From Raja brachyura (Eukaryota), in contig OY740790.1 of the NCBI GenBank assembly GCA_963514005.1, positions 4,340,001-4,404,000 on the forward strand: DNA of 64,000 bases, in the 5' to 3' direction. The stretch's first letter is position 1, and each line of letters opens with the position of its first letter. Below are positions 34,731 through 47,472 of the stretch, in pieces. The notes beneath the pieces were generated by a model that had not been told where the DNA came from, did not search any database, and was given only the letters and a program-made list of their open reading frames with translations. Both the position numbers and the translations under genes were made by a program.

Positions 34731-36461
34731 ATAGGGAAAATATACATAATATAAAGATCCTGCTATTGTGTTTGGCATGGACATTGTGGGCCGAAGGGCC
34801 TGTTCTTGTCCTGCACTGTTCAGTTTGCTCTATATTATAAATCTATAAACTTCCTTAAGCTACAATCTGATATCTATCGCAATAGCAGGAAATCACAGTC
34901 ACCTTTTGAACCGAAATATTTTAGCCACCTTTGCCCAGTGTGGAAATGTCAAAGAGCACAGGACGTAGCTTTAAGGAGAGAAGGGCATAATTTAAAGATG
35001 TTCAGAGCTAGTTTTTTTAATATACAAGGTTGTGGGTGCCTGGAACACACTGCCAGAGATGGTGGTGAGGGCAGATAAGTGGTGTTTAAGAGGCCTTTAA
35101 ATGGGCAGCATGGTGTCACAGCGGTAGAGTTGCTGCCTTACAGCACAAGAGACCCGGGTTCGAACCGGACTAAGGGTGCTGTTTGTGCAGAGTTTGTACG
35201 TTCTTGCAATGACCTCTGTAATCCATTTCCTCCAGCAACTCTACTGCTGTGCCACTGTGTCACGTCTTGTGTTGAAGTTGATACTACAGCAGCTAAATGG
35301 CCAGAACACCAAATTAATAACACGATCATTAATAATAATAACATTAATAACCTTATGTAAAAACGGTTATGGGCACATCGGGAAAAAACCCCAATAATAC
35401 ACAGTTAATTAGTTTTATTTTCTTTTTGCTTTGAAAACGTTTGGTATGGGTATAGTAATGCGTTTGCACAAGATCAATGGCAAATTGCACTTATTGCCTC
35501 TCATTTAATCCACTATTAGGTGTCTTTGGTTCCAAGACTGTCTTTAAACTTCACATGCCAACATTTCCAGTTCATCTTAACATTACTAGAATGCTGTTCC
35601 TTCTTTCAACTGAGAGTGGAGCTATTTTCAAGGTACACCTAGACTTGCTGGACATTCATTTAGAATCTGGGCTTTCCCACAACAAACCAAAACAACATTT
35701 CAGGTCTCGACCCAAAACGTGACCTCCCTGTTCTCCAGAGGTGCCAACTGACCTGCTGAGTTACTCCAGCACTTTGTGTCTTTTGTTTTGTAAACCAGCA
35801 CTTGCAGTTCCTTGCTTCTAAATTAATCTATACTCCAACGTACATTTTAAAGGTGGAGATTGACAGATTCTTGATTAGTACGGGTGTTATGGGGAGAAGG
35901 GGGGAGAATGGGATTGAGAGGGAGAGATAGATCAGCCATGATTGAACGGTGGAGTAGACATGATGGGCCGAATGGCCTAATTCTGCTTCACCTTCTAAGT
36001 CTCGAACCTAAATGCTGCCTATTTGACTTCAGAGATGTTGCCTGACCTGTTGAATTACTTCAGCGTGCTTTTATTTAAACATGGGTTTGTACTTCCTTCA
36101 GTCTTGAAAGCACAATATTATTAGTCCTCCTCTAGACTGAACCGTTGCTGCCTGCCTTTCCTCTTGGTGCTAAATGTCTATGTAAACAAACCGCAAAAAA
36201 TGCAAACTGTAAATAAGTCAATGTTCTCCAGAGATGCTGCCTGGCCTGTTGAGTTACTCCAGCACTCTGTTGTTGTTTTGCTGCAAAATCATAGGTTAGG
36301 TTGATGTGGAATCTGCCTTCCCAAGTGAGTCAGATTATCAGGATCTCTTATCTCGAGCGCTTCAATACGGACATGTTCTCTCTCACAGTTTGGTGCCAAA
36401 TGACATGTATAAATCATCCAGTTGGCAGTAAATTCTCCTCTGCAGGTTTCTGCTAACATTG

Positions 36462-36757
36462 GTGCGCGCGTCTGTGTGCGCGCGTCTGTGTGCGCGCGTC
36501 TGTGTGCGCGCGTCTGTGTGCGCTCGTCTGTGCGCGCGCGTCTCTGTGTCTGTGTGTGTGTTTCCGTGTGTGTGTTTCCGTGTGTGTGTGTGTTTCCGTG
36601 TGTGTCTGTTTCTGTGTGTGTGGCTCTGTGTGTGTCTGTTTCTGTGTCTGTCCGTGTGTGTGTGTGTCTCTGAGTGTGGATGTCTCTGTGTGTCTGTCTC
36701 TGTGTGTCTGTATCTGTGTGTCTGTCTCTGTGTGCGTCTGTGTGTCTCTGTGTGTGT
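36462..36757. repeat. GT/GTCT/GCGC compound simple repeat
   Basis: 14-bp unit tgtgtgcgcgcgtc followed by degenerate (GT)n. Confidence 0.95.
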
Positions 36758-39223
36758 TTCTGGTTTTCCCTTAGTAGCGCCACGACATCTGCGCAGGAAT
36801 TTAACATTCCAAGACTAGTCGTAGATTTGAACGACACCACTTAAAGGTCTAGCTTAGTGATACAGGATGGAAATGGGCCCTTCGGCCCACAGCCAATACT
36901 GACCATAGAATAGATCACCTGTTCCCACTTTCCCATTCACTCCCTAAACACTGGGGCTATCTCTAGAGGCCGATTAACCTACAAACCCATACATCTTTGG
37001 GATTTGGAAGGATACCAGAGGAAGCCAGATTGTGTTATATTTAGTTTTAGTCTTTGGCCCAGTGAGTCCACACCGACCATCGTTCACCCGTTCAGTAGTT
37101 TCACGTTGTCCCACTTTTTGCATCCTGCCCTCTTTTCAATGATGGTATCTTTCTTTGTGTATGAGCTACCAGGCTCTAGATTTGTAATGCATCCCACACT
37201 AGATTGAAGACCCCCAACTTTAGCAGGGTCGAAACGTACATTCCTTAATGGTGTATTTTTGATGTAAGTGTGACATTAGGTAGACACAAAATGTTGGAGT
37301 AACTCAGCGGGACAGGCAGCATCTCTGGAGAGAAGGAATGGGTGACGTTTTGGGTCGGGACCCTTCCTCAGACGCTGAAGACATTGGGTAGCTGCGTGTT
37401 TGGGTGGGAAGCTCGGTATTGTTCCCATTGCTCTTGTGTTGTCCATCCATCTTGCTAACAGTAAAATGGCCACGTTGTTCTCTGGCCCATATTGAGGTGT
37501 TGTTGCGAGGTTACATAAGTATGTATGCACATTTGATATATCATAGCATACAGTATGGGAACAGGCCCTCCAGCCCAACTTGCCCACGCCAACCAACATG
37601 CCTCGTCTACATTCATTCCACCTGCCTGCGTTTGTCCCATATCCCATAAACCTGTCCTATCCATGTACCTGTCTAACTGTTTCTTAAACGTTGGGATAAT
37701 CCCCACCTCAAACACCCTTTGTGTGAAAAAACCAAGTAGCCTGAAGAAGGGTCTCGACCCAAAATGTCACCTATCCCTTTTTCTCCAGAGATGCTGCCTG
37801 ACCAGCTGAATTACTCCAGTTTTTTGTGTCTATCATCGGTGTAAACCAGCATCTGCAGTTCCTTCCGACACAAGTCGCCCACTTCCACTCCCCAACTTCC
37901 AATAGTTATGAAGATCCCTCCTCAACTCATGGCAGATGTCAAGGGTATAAATGCAGGCGAGAGCCCCTTGGGAAAACCAAACGTGCAGATGCTGCAAAAC
38001 ACGACACAAAATACTGGAAACTCAGCAGGTCGGGCAGCATCTGTGGAACATTTACATTTCAGGCACGGTATCCTTCATTTGTTTTGACCATTCAAAGCAT
38101 TAATTATTTTTTTTGTTTGCTTAATTGGAACTGTAAACATGCTGGCAAAACAAAATTCTTATCTACTAATCAGAATTTGTGTAAACTGAATGAGATATGC
38201 CAGTTATTTGTCTGGCATTGCCCTGAAGTTTGCACAGACCAGGTAAGAACAGCTCTTGGGTTGGGCTTTGAAAGGTACACTGTGATTTATTGAAGGAGAA
38301 CTCTTGCTGATGCTCACAAGTTTGTACACTATGTACAAAGAGACTGAAGATGGGTCGCGACTCGAATCGTCACCATTCCTTCCATCCAGTGATGAGTTAC
38401 TCCAGCATCATCCAGGGTCAATCAATGATTCGCAAAATAATGCAGTGATATTCTCTCAGTATCACTTGTTCCAGGAATTGCTCAACTGCACAACCAGAGA
38501 GCAGTGCTGAACTACTATCTACCTTATTGGTGACCCTTGGACTATCCTTGGTCAGACTCTGCTTGCTTTACCTTGCACGAAACATTATCCCCTTATTATG
38601 TATCTGTACCTTGTAAATAGCTCGATTGTAACGATTGTCTTTCAGTTGATTGGATAGCACGTGAGAAAGACCTGTTCACTTGGTACACGTGACAATAAAC
38701 TAAACTGAACTGAATTGAGAAAAATATCAGCAGTGTGCAGAGAAATTTGTGGGCTAGCAAATCAAAATCGCTTTCTGCATTTAGTTATACAGCATGGAAA
38801 CTGTATGCTGTATAACTAACTCAGCCCAACTTGCCCACACCGGCCAACATGTCCCAGCTGCACTAGGCCCAACTGCCAGCATTTGGCCCATATTACTCCC
38901 AACCTGTCCTATCCATGTACCCATCTTAACGTTTCTTAAACGTTGGGATAGTCCCAGCCTCAACTACCTCCTCTGGCAGCTTATTCCATACACCCACCAC
39001 CCTCTGTGTGAAAAGGTTACCCCTCAGATTCCTGGTAAATCTTTTCCCCTTCACCATAAACCTGTGTCCTCTGGTCCTCGATTCCCCTACTTTGGGCAAG
39101 ACACTCTGTTCTTCTACCCGATCTATTCCTCTCATTTATGGGGAAGCACTAGTTGCAGATACTTGTCCAACTTTAGGAAGCTTTCCAGTTGAGACTGAGG
39201 CAGAGTGCGATTACCTGTGGCAA

Positions 39224-39742
39224 TAGGGTTGCCAACTTTCTCACTCCCAAATAAGGGGCAAAAGGTCAAAATACGGGACAAGTTCCTGATGCCAATTCGT
39301 TGACTCAGCCGTGGCTGGGTGAATGTTCAGTTGGCCCGGGTGCTGGACTGCACACAAAGCCCAGCCGTCGGGCCAGCTGAGGAGTTTTGGCCTGGGTGAT
39401 GTCGCTCGCAAAGTCCAGCGCCCCGTCCAACTCATGAACCGATGATCGGCCGTGAGAGGGAGGGGTAGTGGTGTCGGCAGTAAGCGAAGGTCCGAAGGTC
39501 AGACAACTGGCCGGGCTGCCGACCGACGGGGCCACGGGCGAGGCGCTGCTGCTGCTGCACTCCAGGGGCTGCACTACGTCGGGACGGGTGAGGCAGGGCC
39601 GGACGCGGCGCTCCGACCCGACAGTCCCCTCGACCCGAGTAGTAGCAGTCAAATACGGGACAAGGGCGGTCCCATATGGGACAAACAAATTTAGCCCAAA
39701 ATCCGGAAAGTCCCGGCTAATACGGGACAGTTGGCAACCCTA
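39224..39742. mobile_element. hAT (Blackjack/Tip100-like) MITE
   Basis: TIR TAGGGTTGCCAAC; 8-bp TSD tgtggcaa / tgtgggaa; repeated subterminal AATACGGGACA. Confidence 0.85.
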
Positions 39743-40489
39743 TGTGGGAATTGGAATCCTAGTGACAGCAAGGAAACAGGCCTTTCAGCCCATCTGTTTA
39801 AAATACGAGATTAAAATTGTGTATGGCCCCCCCGGTTTCATATCCCTGTTGTGGGATGTCTAGAATTTCTGAAATTAACACACTAGGTACAACATTCGGA
39901 GATCGAGGGGGTAATCACTGCGGTTTGCACCCCTCAAGGCTGTTGAAATTCCCTTCACTGTGTGCTAAACACCAGGCCATGAATTGGAGTTCTCTTCTGT
40001 GTGTAAATGGTCTTTACAAATGATTCATTATGGAGCAGGAGTTTCTAATTAGCTTATGTACCAGCGTAACCAAAACAGACTAACAGGTTGTTTGTTGTGG
40101 AAGAAGGAAATACAGATGCTGGTTTAAACCGAAAATAGACACAGAGAGTAATGTTGAGATTTAAAAAATCAAGCCTGTAAGCCCCATCAGATAAAGCATA
40201 AAAAGAAGTTTAATTTGACACCTAATTCACTTTCATATCTTCAGTATTAAAAAAGTTATGGTGATTTTCATACCCGGATATTAGCATCTTGTTCCCCTAT
40301 TGCTTTTCCATTGACTTAACACCAAAGCTGTGATTGAGGACAGTCAAAAGCCCTTAACTTTCTTAAAAATTAAGGGAACCAAATGAAAGTTTCAGTTATT
40401 ATAGATTGAAGCATTCTGAAACAAATATTAAGCATCTTACTTGGATGACCTGAAATTAAAGCATATAATTAGTTAGTTACCAAACTAGT

Positions 40490-41238
40490 GTCTAAATGGC
40501 GTCAAGTTGGGAAAAGGGGAAGTACAACGGGATCTGGGGGTCCTTGTACGTCAGTCTATGAAAGTAAGCATGCAGGTACAGCCGGCAGTGAAGAAAGCGA
40601 ATGGCATGTTGGCCTTTATAACAAGAGGAATTGAATATAGGAGCAAAGGGGTCCTTCTGCAGTTGTACAGAGCCCTAGTGAGACCACACCTGGAGTATTA
40701 TGTGCAGTTTTGGTCCCCTAATTTGAGGAAGGACATTCTTGCTATTGAGGGAGTGCAGTGTAGGTTTACAAGGTTAATTCCCGGGATGGTGGGACTGCAT
40801 ATGCTGAGAGAATGGAGCAGCTGGGCTTGTACACTCTGGAGTTTGGAAGGATGAGAGGATATCTTATTGAAACAAATAAGATTGTTAAGGGTTTGGACAC
40901 GCTAGAGGCAGGAAACATGTTCCCGATGTTGGGGGAGTCCAGAACCAGGGGCCACAGTTTAAGAATAAGGAGTAAGCCATTTAGAACAGAGACGAGGAAA
41001 CACTTTTTCTCACGGAGAGTGGTGAGTCTGTGGAATTCTCTGCCTCAGAGGGCGGTGGAGGTGGGTTCTCTGGATGCTTTCAAGAGAGAGCTAGATAGGG
41101 TTCTTAAAGATAGCGGAGTCAGGGGATATGGGGAGAAGGCAGGAACGGGGTACTGATTGGGGATGATCAGCCACGATCACATTGAATGGCTCGAAGGGCC
41201 GAATGGCCTACTCCTGCACCTATTGTTTTTTGTCTATT
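40490..41238 (+). mobile_element. CR1-clade LINE 3' end nested in a DNA transposon
   Basis: RDLGV..KKANGML..RPHLEY..WNSLP, frameshifted. Confidence 0.92.
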
Positions 41239-41395
41239 GTAGCTAATTACAAAATTGACCGTTGTGACGGAAATAGTAATAAACACCCAGACTGCCTTGA
41301 AAATTCAAAAGTGTGATATTCTCAAGATCAGAATTTGAATAGTATTATATTATATGCTGTAAGTCTGTAACAGATAGGTAAAGAAATTACAATTT

Positions 41396-41730
41396 CTAGC
41401 AATAGACCAAGTCTTTATGAAGATCAGTTGCTAGCTGGTACATTGGCATATCATAATCAGTAGCATCATCATACTCCTCAGATTGTAACCAATAAGCAAC
41501 TCTGTCCACCTTGTTTTTCCTCAACGTTTCAATTTTGGCATTTAAAAGTTTTTGCTCTTCAAACCATGCATGACATGCCTATCTGCGCACTACTTTCCCA
41601 ATAAGAATGTCATGTAGATCACCACTTTTGGAGTAGTCCAAATTTGGATAATCTCTGCGAATGCTATCTAAATCAGTTTCTTTTGCTGGGCATTTGGATT
41701 GATAATTTTGCATTTCTTCTTCGGAGACAT
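41396..41730 (-). pseudogene. Relic terminal exon inside the DNA transposon encoding a Spindlin/Tudor-like domain (one internal stop)
   Basis: Acceptor ttttcctttacattttaaacAG at 41732-41731, then 111 codons: VSEEEMQ...ILIGKVVRR*ACHAWFEEQ...RVAYWLQSEEYDDATDYDMPMYQLATDLHKDLVYC*. Confidence 0.6.
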
Positions 41731-42589
41731 CTGTTTAAAATGTAAAGGAAAATAAACACTGAACAGCATTAACAGAAACAAGTTATTATTAGCCATTTTA
41801 GAAAAAAAGGTAGAAATGATAAAGTTAAACACTAAAACAAATAGTAAATACCCAACATATTCATCAGTTTCATCAAATCAATTAAATTCTCCCAATCAAT
41901 CATATTCATCTAAATTCAATTACTAGATCTAAACATCTATCCATTTCTTAAGAAAAGGCTACATTTTTTAAATAGCCTAATTATCCAAATAACAAATAAC
42001 AAACTGATCCCATTCACACAAGAATTCACAATATAACATTATTTTTAAATCTCACTTTGGCATGAATTTATATGCCAAGTGGATGGAATTTAATGTCTTA
42101 ATTCCCATAAATTAATCCAGAAACATCCACTCTCAAGATAATCAAAATCATTATTTTTTGCACAATACATCTAACTAAAACTGCACTGTGGATATTTAGT
42201 ATGAGAATATTGATCATGGATAGACAATAACACAAAATACAGATGATTTAGATGTCTTTATGACATGATTGTGCAAAAAAATAATGAATATGATTATCTT
42301 GAGAGTGAATTTTTCTGTAATGTGATCGATTGGAATATGTGCCGTTGCTGTTGCCATAGATTTTAAGCCCATATCGGCAGGCAAGACACTGCCAACTGTT
42401 GCCGAAAAATTTTCAACATGTTTTTCGGCAGTCGCCTGTAATCGCCTAAAAAATCGACAGGCCCATATGTCCTATTTTCCCGTCTAGTGTCTTAAACTGA
42501 TCATGGTCTGCTGCCTCTGCAAATGGTATGTGCTTAATAGTATCATGCGGGAATGTGGTTCACAGACATTGACAGTTGTGCAGGAAGGA

Positions 42590-43326
42590 ACTGCAGATGC
42601 TGGTTTACACCGAAGATAGACACAAAATGCTGGAGTAACTCCGCAGGGCAGGCAGCATCTCTCTCTCGAGAGGAATGGGTGATGTTTTGGGTTGAGACCT
42701 TTCTTCAGACTGGAAGGGAATGTAGAGATATGGAAGGGAAAGGTGTGAAAAGGAGGGATCAAAGCAGATCGTGATTAGGAAATGTAGAATGGTTCATTGT
42801 TAGTTGAGGAGAAGGTGACAACGAGACAAACAATCAGTAATATTTAATCAGGAGGACAGTGAAACTAGTCAGAGAACTAGGGTGGGGGAGGGATGGGGAG
42901 AGAGGGAAAGCAAGGGCTATTTGAAGGTTGAGAAGTCAATAATGATACCGCTGGGGTGTGAGCTGCCCAAGCAAAATATGAGATGCTGTTCCTCCAATTT
43001 GTCCTGGGCCTCACTCTGACAATGGAGGAGTCCCAGGACAGAAAGGTCAGTGTGGGAATGGGTGGGGTAGTTCAAGCGTCTAGCAACCAGGAAATCGTGT
43101 AGACATAGATGGACTGAGCGGTGGTGTTCAGCGAAACGATAGTCAAGCCTGCGCTTGGTCTCGCTGATATAAAGGAGGCCAAACCTGGAACAGCGGATAC
43201 AGTAGATGAGGTTGGAGGAGGCGCAAGTGAACCTCTGCCTCACCTGAAAGGACTGTCATGGTCCTTGGACGGGGGCGAGGGAGGAGGCGTAGGGACAGGT
43301 GTTGCATCTCCTGTGGTTGCAGGGGA
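42590..43326 (-). mobile_element. Older Penelope-like element remnant (GIY-YIG plus pLTR)
   Basis: NLIYCIRCSRFGLLYISETKRRL..FAEH in ORF 42917-43243, followed by pLTR sequence. Confidence 0.85.
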
Positions 43327-44050
43327 AATTGTGTGATGTGCTTGCTTAGATCCAAGAGTTATGCTCAAGCCAAGGGTCTTGTGCTGTGGGCCAAGGTTGA
43401 GTGAAAATCCCCAAGTGGTTACACTCAAAGTTTCTGTGTAAGTGACAGATGTTTTTAAGAAGACAAAACTCCCAAGTGTAGCATGCAGCCATTAGTGAAT
43501 AATACCATTAGGATTAATCCTAGTTCAGAATTGTAGTTTTCCACTTAAACCACCCACGTTGAAGAATGCAGGCTTATTTTAAAATCTAGCTGGGTGAGAC
43601 ATTTAGGCAAGTAAAATACCTTCTGGTTTTTGGTCGTGCCAAGTAGAAACTGCCTCAAATATTTTGGAATGCATGAGGTAAACATTCAAACCACAAGTTC
43701 AAAATGTGTAGGAAGGAACTGCAGATGCTGGTTTTCACCAGAGATAGACACAAAGTACTGGAGTAACTCAGCGGGACAGGCAGCATCTCTGGAGAGAAGG
43801 AATGGGTGAGTTTTCGGGTCCAGACACTTTGTGGGTTTGGGGATCCCAGTAGACTGCTCCATTTAGTTTGTGCAAATGAACCATTTGGTGGCATGAGGAG
43901 TGAATGATGAGTTATTTTTACCAATCTGTTACAAGAACAGCAACTCTAGCATATAAATATGCCTGAAGTAAACGAACTCCGCAATTGAATCTACAATGTT
44001 TTATATGTTCTTCTTCTTAACTTGTCTAAACTGATGTGCAACTATTTTTG

Positions 44051-44348
44051 CGGCACGGTGGCGCAGCAGTTGAGTTGCTGTCTTACAGCCCCAGAGACCC
44101 GAGGTCAATCCTGACTACAGGTGCTGCCTGTACGCAGTTTGTACCTTCTCCCTGTGACAGTGTGGGTTTTCTCTGGGTGCTCCGGTTTCCTCCCACACTC
44201 CACAGACCTACAGGTTTTCGAGGTTAATTGGCTTCAGATAAATTGTAAATTGTCCCTAGTGCATAGGGTAGTGCTAGCGTATGGGGTAATCGCTGGTCGG
44301 TGCGGTCTTGGTGGGCCGAAGGGCCTGTTTCCGTGCTATATCTCTAAA
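44051..44348 (+). mobile_element. tRNA-derived V-SINE (HE1-like); representative of more than 15 copies (e.g. 153-415+, 4262-4546-, 10850-11130-, 11770-12040-, 23500-23782-, 27289-27570+, 45538-45855+, 46000-46265-, 48069-48300+, 52330-52652-, 58715-59035-, 59648-59911+)
   Basis: Box A ggtggcgcagc..., box B gg(t)tcgatcc, core gggtgctccggtttcctcccacactcc, and a 3' tail gggccgaagggcctgttt shared with CR1 ends. Confidence 0.88.
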
Positions 44349-44373
44349 GTGTAAATCAGCTTGTCTTAACTCA

Positions 44374-44466
44374 GGGTACACAAAAGGCTGGAGAAACTCA
44401 GCGGGTGCAGCAGCATCTAAGGAGCGAAGGAGATAGGCGACGTTTCGGGTCGAGACCCTTCTTCAT
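44374..44466 (-). mobile_element. Stand-alone PLE 3' end with hammerhead motif
   Basis: Reverse complement of 29865-29955. Confidence 0.8.
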
Positions 44467-44524
44467 CTCCTTCCCTTCCCCACCAAACCCTTTGTTAAAG
44501 TTAATGGATTGATAACGTGAGGTA

Positions 44525-45270
44525 TACAATACAATTATACAATTATTTATTGTCATTTGAACCTCAAAAGAAGTTCAAACGAAATTTGGTTTCTGCAGTC
44601 ATACAACAAGAAAAGAACCAAGACACACACCAACGCAATTTACACCAACATCCATCACAGTGAATCTCCTCCTCACTGTGATGGAAGGCAAAGTCATGTC
44701 TCTCCCCTGTGTTCCATTTCTTCTCCCGATGTTAAAGCCCCCGGCGGGCAATGGCAAGTCCCGCGGCCGTTAAAGCCGCGCCGGGCGATGTAAGGCCCCG
44801 CTCCGTGTTATTTTCAACCCCGCAATTCCAGCGGGAGAAGTTGCCATTGCGGGAGCTGCGAAAAGCCGTCTCCCACCAGGGACCCGCGAGCTCCCGATGT
44901 CACCGTCCACCGGGCCTGCGGCCGGAACCTCTGAAGCTCCGGAGTTGGGTCACAGCCGCGCCCCACCACAGCTCTCCACGCTCCGGGGCCGGCCAGCCCC
45001 ACGATGGTAGGTCCGCAGGCTCCGCGACTGGAGCCCCCAGGTGGCTGCTCCACGGTGCTAGGCCCCAACGACAACGGAGACCCGACAGGGAAAATGTCGG
45101 GTCACCTGTACAGGGAAGAGATTTAAAAGTTTCCCCCTCTCCCCCCCCCCCCCCCCCACATATACACAGCTAAAAACAATATAACCACAACAAACTATAT
45201 ATTCAATGGGACAAAAATTAAAAAAAGACGGACTGGAGAGGCCGCTGCAACCTCGTTCGCACCACCCTCA
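44525..45270 (-). mobile_element. GC-rich non-autonomous retroposon-like element, family unassigned
   Basis: CpG-rich body ending (minus strand) in tgacaataaataattgtataattgtatt, a LINE-like simple-repeat tail; no credible ORF. Confidence 0.45.
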
Positions 45271-46889
45271 CACGTAGAACATAGAACAGTACAACACAGG
45301 AACAGGCCCTTCGGCCCACAATGCCTGTGCCAAACATGACACATAACCATTACCCCTCCATTCCCTGCCTATCCAAAAACCTGTTAAATGCCACTATTGT
45401 ATCTGCCTCTATCACTCCTGGCGACACACTCAAGGCGCACACCAACCTCTAATAACTTGCTCCACACATCTTTAAACTTTTCCCCTCTCTCGTTGAAGCT
45501 ATGCCCTCTAGTATTCCATCTCTGTCCTGGGAAAAAGGGGTGGCACGGTGGCGCAGCGGTAGAGTTGCTGGATTACACCGATTGCATTGCCAGAGTCCCG
45601 GGTTTGATCCTGACTGCAGGTGCTATCAGCACAGAGTTTGTACGTTTTCCCCTTGACCTGCATGGGGTTTTTTTCCGGGATCTTCAGTTTCCTCCCACAC
45701 TCCAAAGACGTGCAGAATTGTAGGTTCATTGCCTTTGTATAAATGTAAATTGTCGCTAGTGTGTGCAGCGTAGTTTAATGCGTGGGGATCACTGGTTGAC
45801 TTGGACTCAGTGGGCTGAAGGGCCTGATACAGTGCTGTATCTATAAACTAAACTAAAGAAAGGTTTTGACTGTCTGGTTAAGATATGAGCTCATGGGCTC
45901 AGTGGTCTGAGGGCTATAGAAAGAATCTTGCACTTTGCTGACTTTCACAAGCAATGTTAAACTGAGAGCAACGAGGTGAAGGCAATTGTTTGTTTTAGAG
46001 AGATGGCAAGAAAATAGACCCTTCCGCCCACTGAGTCCATGCCAACCAACGATCACCCGTACACTAGTCCTATATCCTTCACACTAGGGGCAATTTACAG
46101 AAGTCAATTTACCTACAAACCAGGACATCTCTGGATTATGGGAGGAAACCCACGAGGGTCACAGAGAGAAAGTAGAAACTCCGTCCAGACAGCACCCGTA
46201 GTCAGGATCGAACCCGGGGCTCTGGCGCTGTAAGGCAGCAACTCTACCGCTGCGCCACCGTGCCGACCAATTCACTTGATGCTAAGGGAGTTGTATGTTA
46301 GCCCTCTGCAAACTTTAGAACCCAATGAGTTGTTCCTTCTTCATAAGTTATTTGAGCAGAATTAGGCCATTTGGCTCATCAAGTCCACTCCATCATTCAA
46401 TCAAGGCTGATCTATCTTTCCCTTGCAACCCCATTCTCCAGCCTTCTCCCCATAACCCCAGACACCCGTACTAATCAAGAATCTGTCAATCTCCGCTTTA
46501 AAAATACCCAATGCCTTGGCCTCCATAGCCGTCTGTGGCAATGAATTCCACAGATTCACCGCACCTCTGACCACAGCAATCCCTCCATGTGGCCTCCTGA
46601 TAAATGGATTGCTTTTTGAATTCGTGAAAGTGTTTAACCAAGGTTGCAAATGTTCCAAAATCAGTTCTTTGGATCCTCATCTGACACTTAAAATGATGAA
46701 TAATAGTCAACAGTGGAGTATTTCAGAATTCACTTCCAAGTCGTGTCCAAATCTGCTAATTGCCTGGCTTCCAACCAAGTCATCTATCAAATGCAATTGT
46801 AGACCAACAAAACTGGTGTTTGTAATATCCTTTGCACCCGAGCTTGATCACTTCAAACTGATACCAAACTGGACGTAGCATTCTGAGAT

Positions 46890-47472
46890 GGAGACAAAAT
46901 GCTAGAGTAACTCAGCGGGTCAGGGAGCATCTGTGGAGAACATGGATAGGTGACGTTTCACAGAGTGCTGGAGTAACTCAGCGGGTCAGGCAGCATCTGT
47001 GGAGAACATGGATAGGTGACGTTTCACAGAGTGCTGGAGTAACTCAGCGGGTCAGGCAGCATCTGTGGAGAACATGGATAGGTGGCGATTCACAGAGTGC
47101 TGGAGTAACTCAGCGGGTCAGGCAGCATCTGTGGAGAACATGGATAGGTGATGTTTCACAGAGTGCTGGAGTAACTCAGCAGGTCAGGCAGCATCTGTGG
47201 AGAACATGGAGAGGTGACGTTTCACAGAGTGCTGGAGCAACTCAGCGGGTCAGGCAGCATCTGTGGAGAACATGGATAGGTGACGTTTCACAGAGTGCTG
47301 GAGTAACTCAGCGGGTCAGGCAGCATCTCTGGAGAACATGGATAGGTGACGTTTCACAGAGTGCTGGAGCAACTCAGCGGGTCAGGCAGCATCTGTGGAG
47401 AACATGGATAGGTGACGTTTCACAGAGTGCTGGAGTAACTCAGCAGGTCAGGCAGCATCTCTAGACAACATA
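46890..47472 (-). repeat. 66-bp tandem array (~8.5 units)
   Basis: gag(t/c)aactcagc recurs every 66 nt from 46905 to 47433 (9 times). Confidence 0.95.

Larger units (their letters stand above)
40146..42345. mobile_element. Longer, truncated member of the same DNA transposon family, interrupted by a CR1 insertion
   Basis: 40150-40480 and 41910-42110 match the 9793 and 51115 copies; extra internal sequence at 41260-41900. Confidence 0.8.

Noticed and set aside
36289-36840. 183-aa Thr/His/Arg-rich ORF
   Set aside because: Simple-repeat translation.
41668-41730. Alternative reading MSPKKKCK... (NLS-like) starting at the relic exon's first base
   Set aside because: Stops after 20 codons; the other frame runs 111 codons with domain-like composition.
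44051-44120. tRNA-like sequences with A/B boxes
   Set aside because: They are SINE heads continuing into the V-domain and LINE tail; no complete cloverleaf.
46890-47472. Regular repeat array resembling CRISPR
   Set aside because: Head-to-tail 66-bp units with no unique spacers, eukaryotic context, no cas genes.
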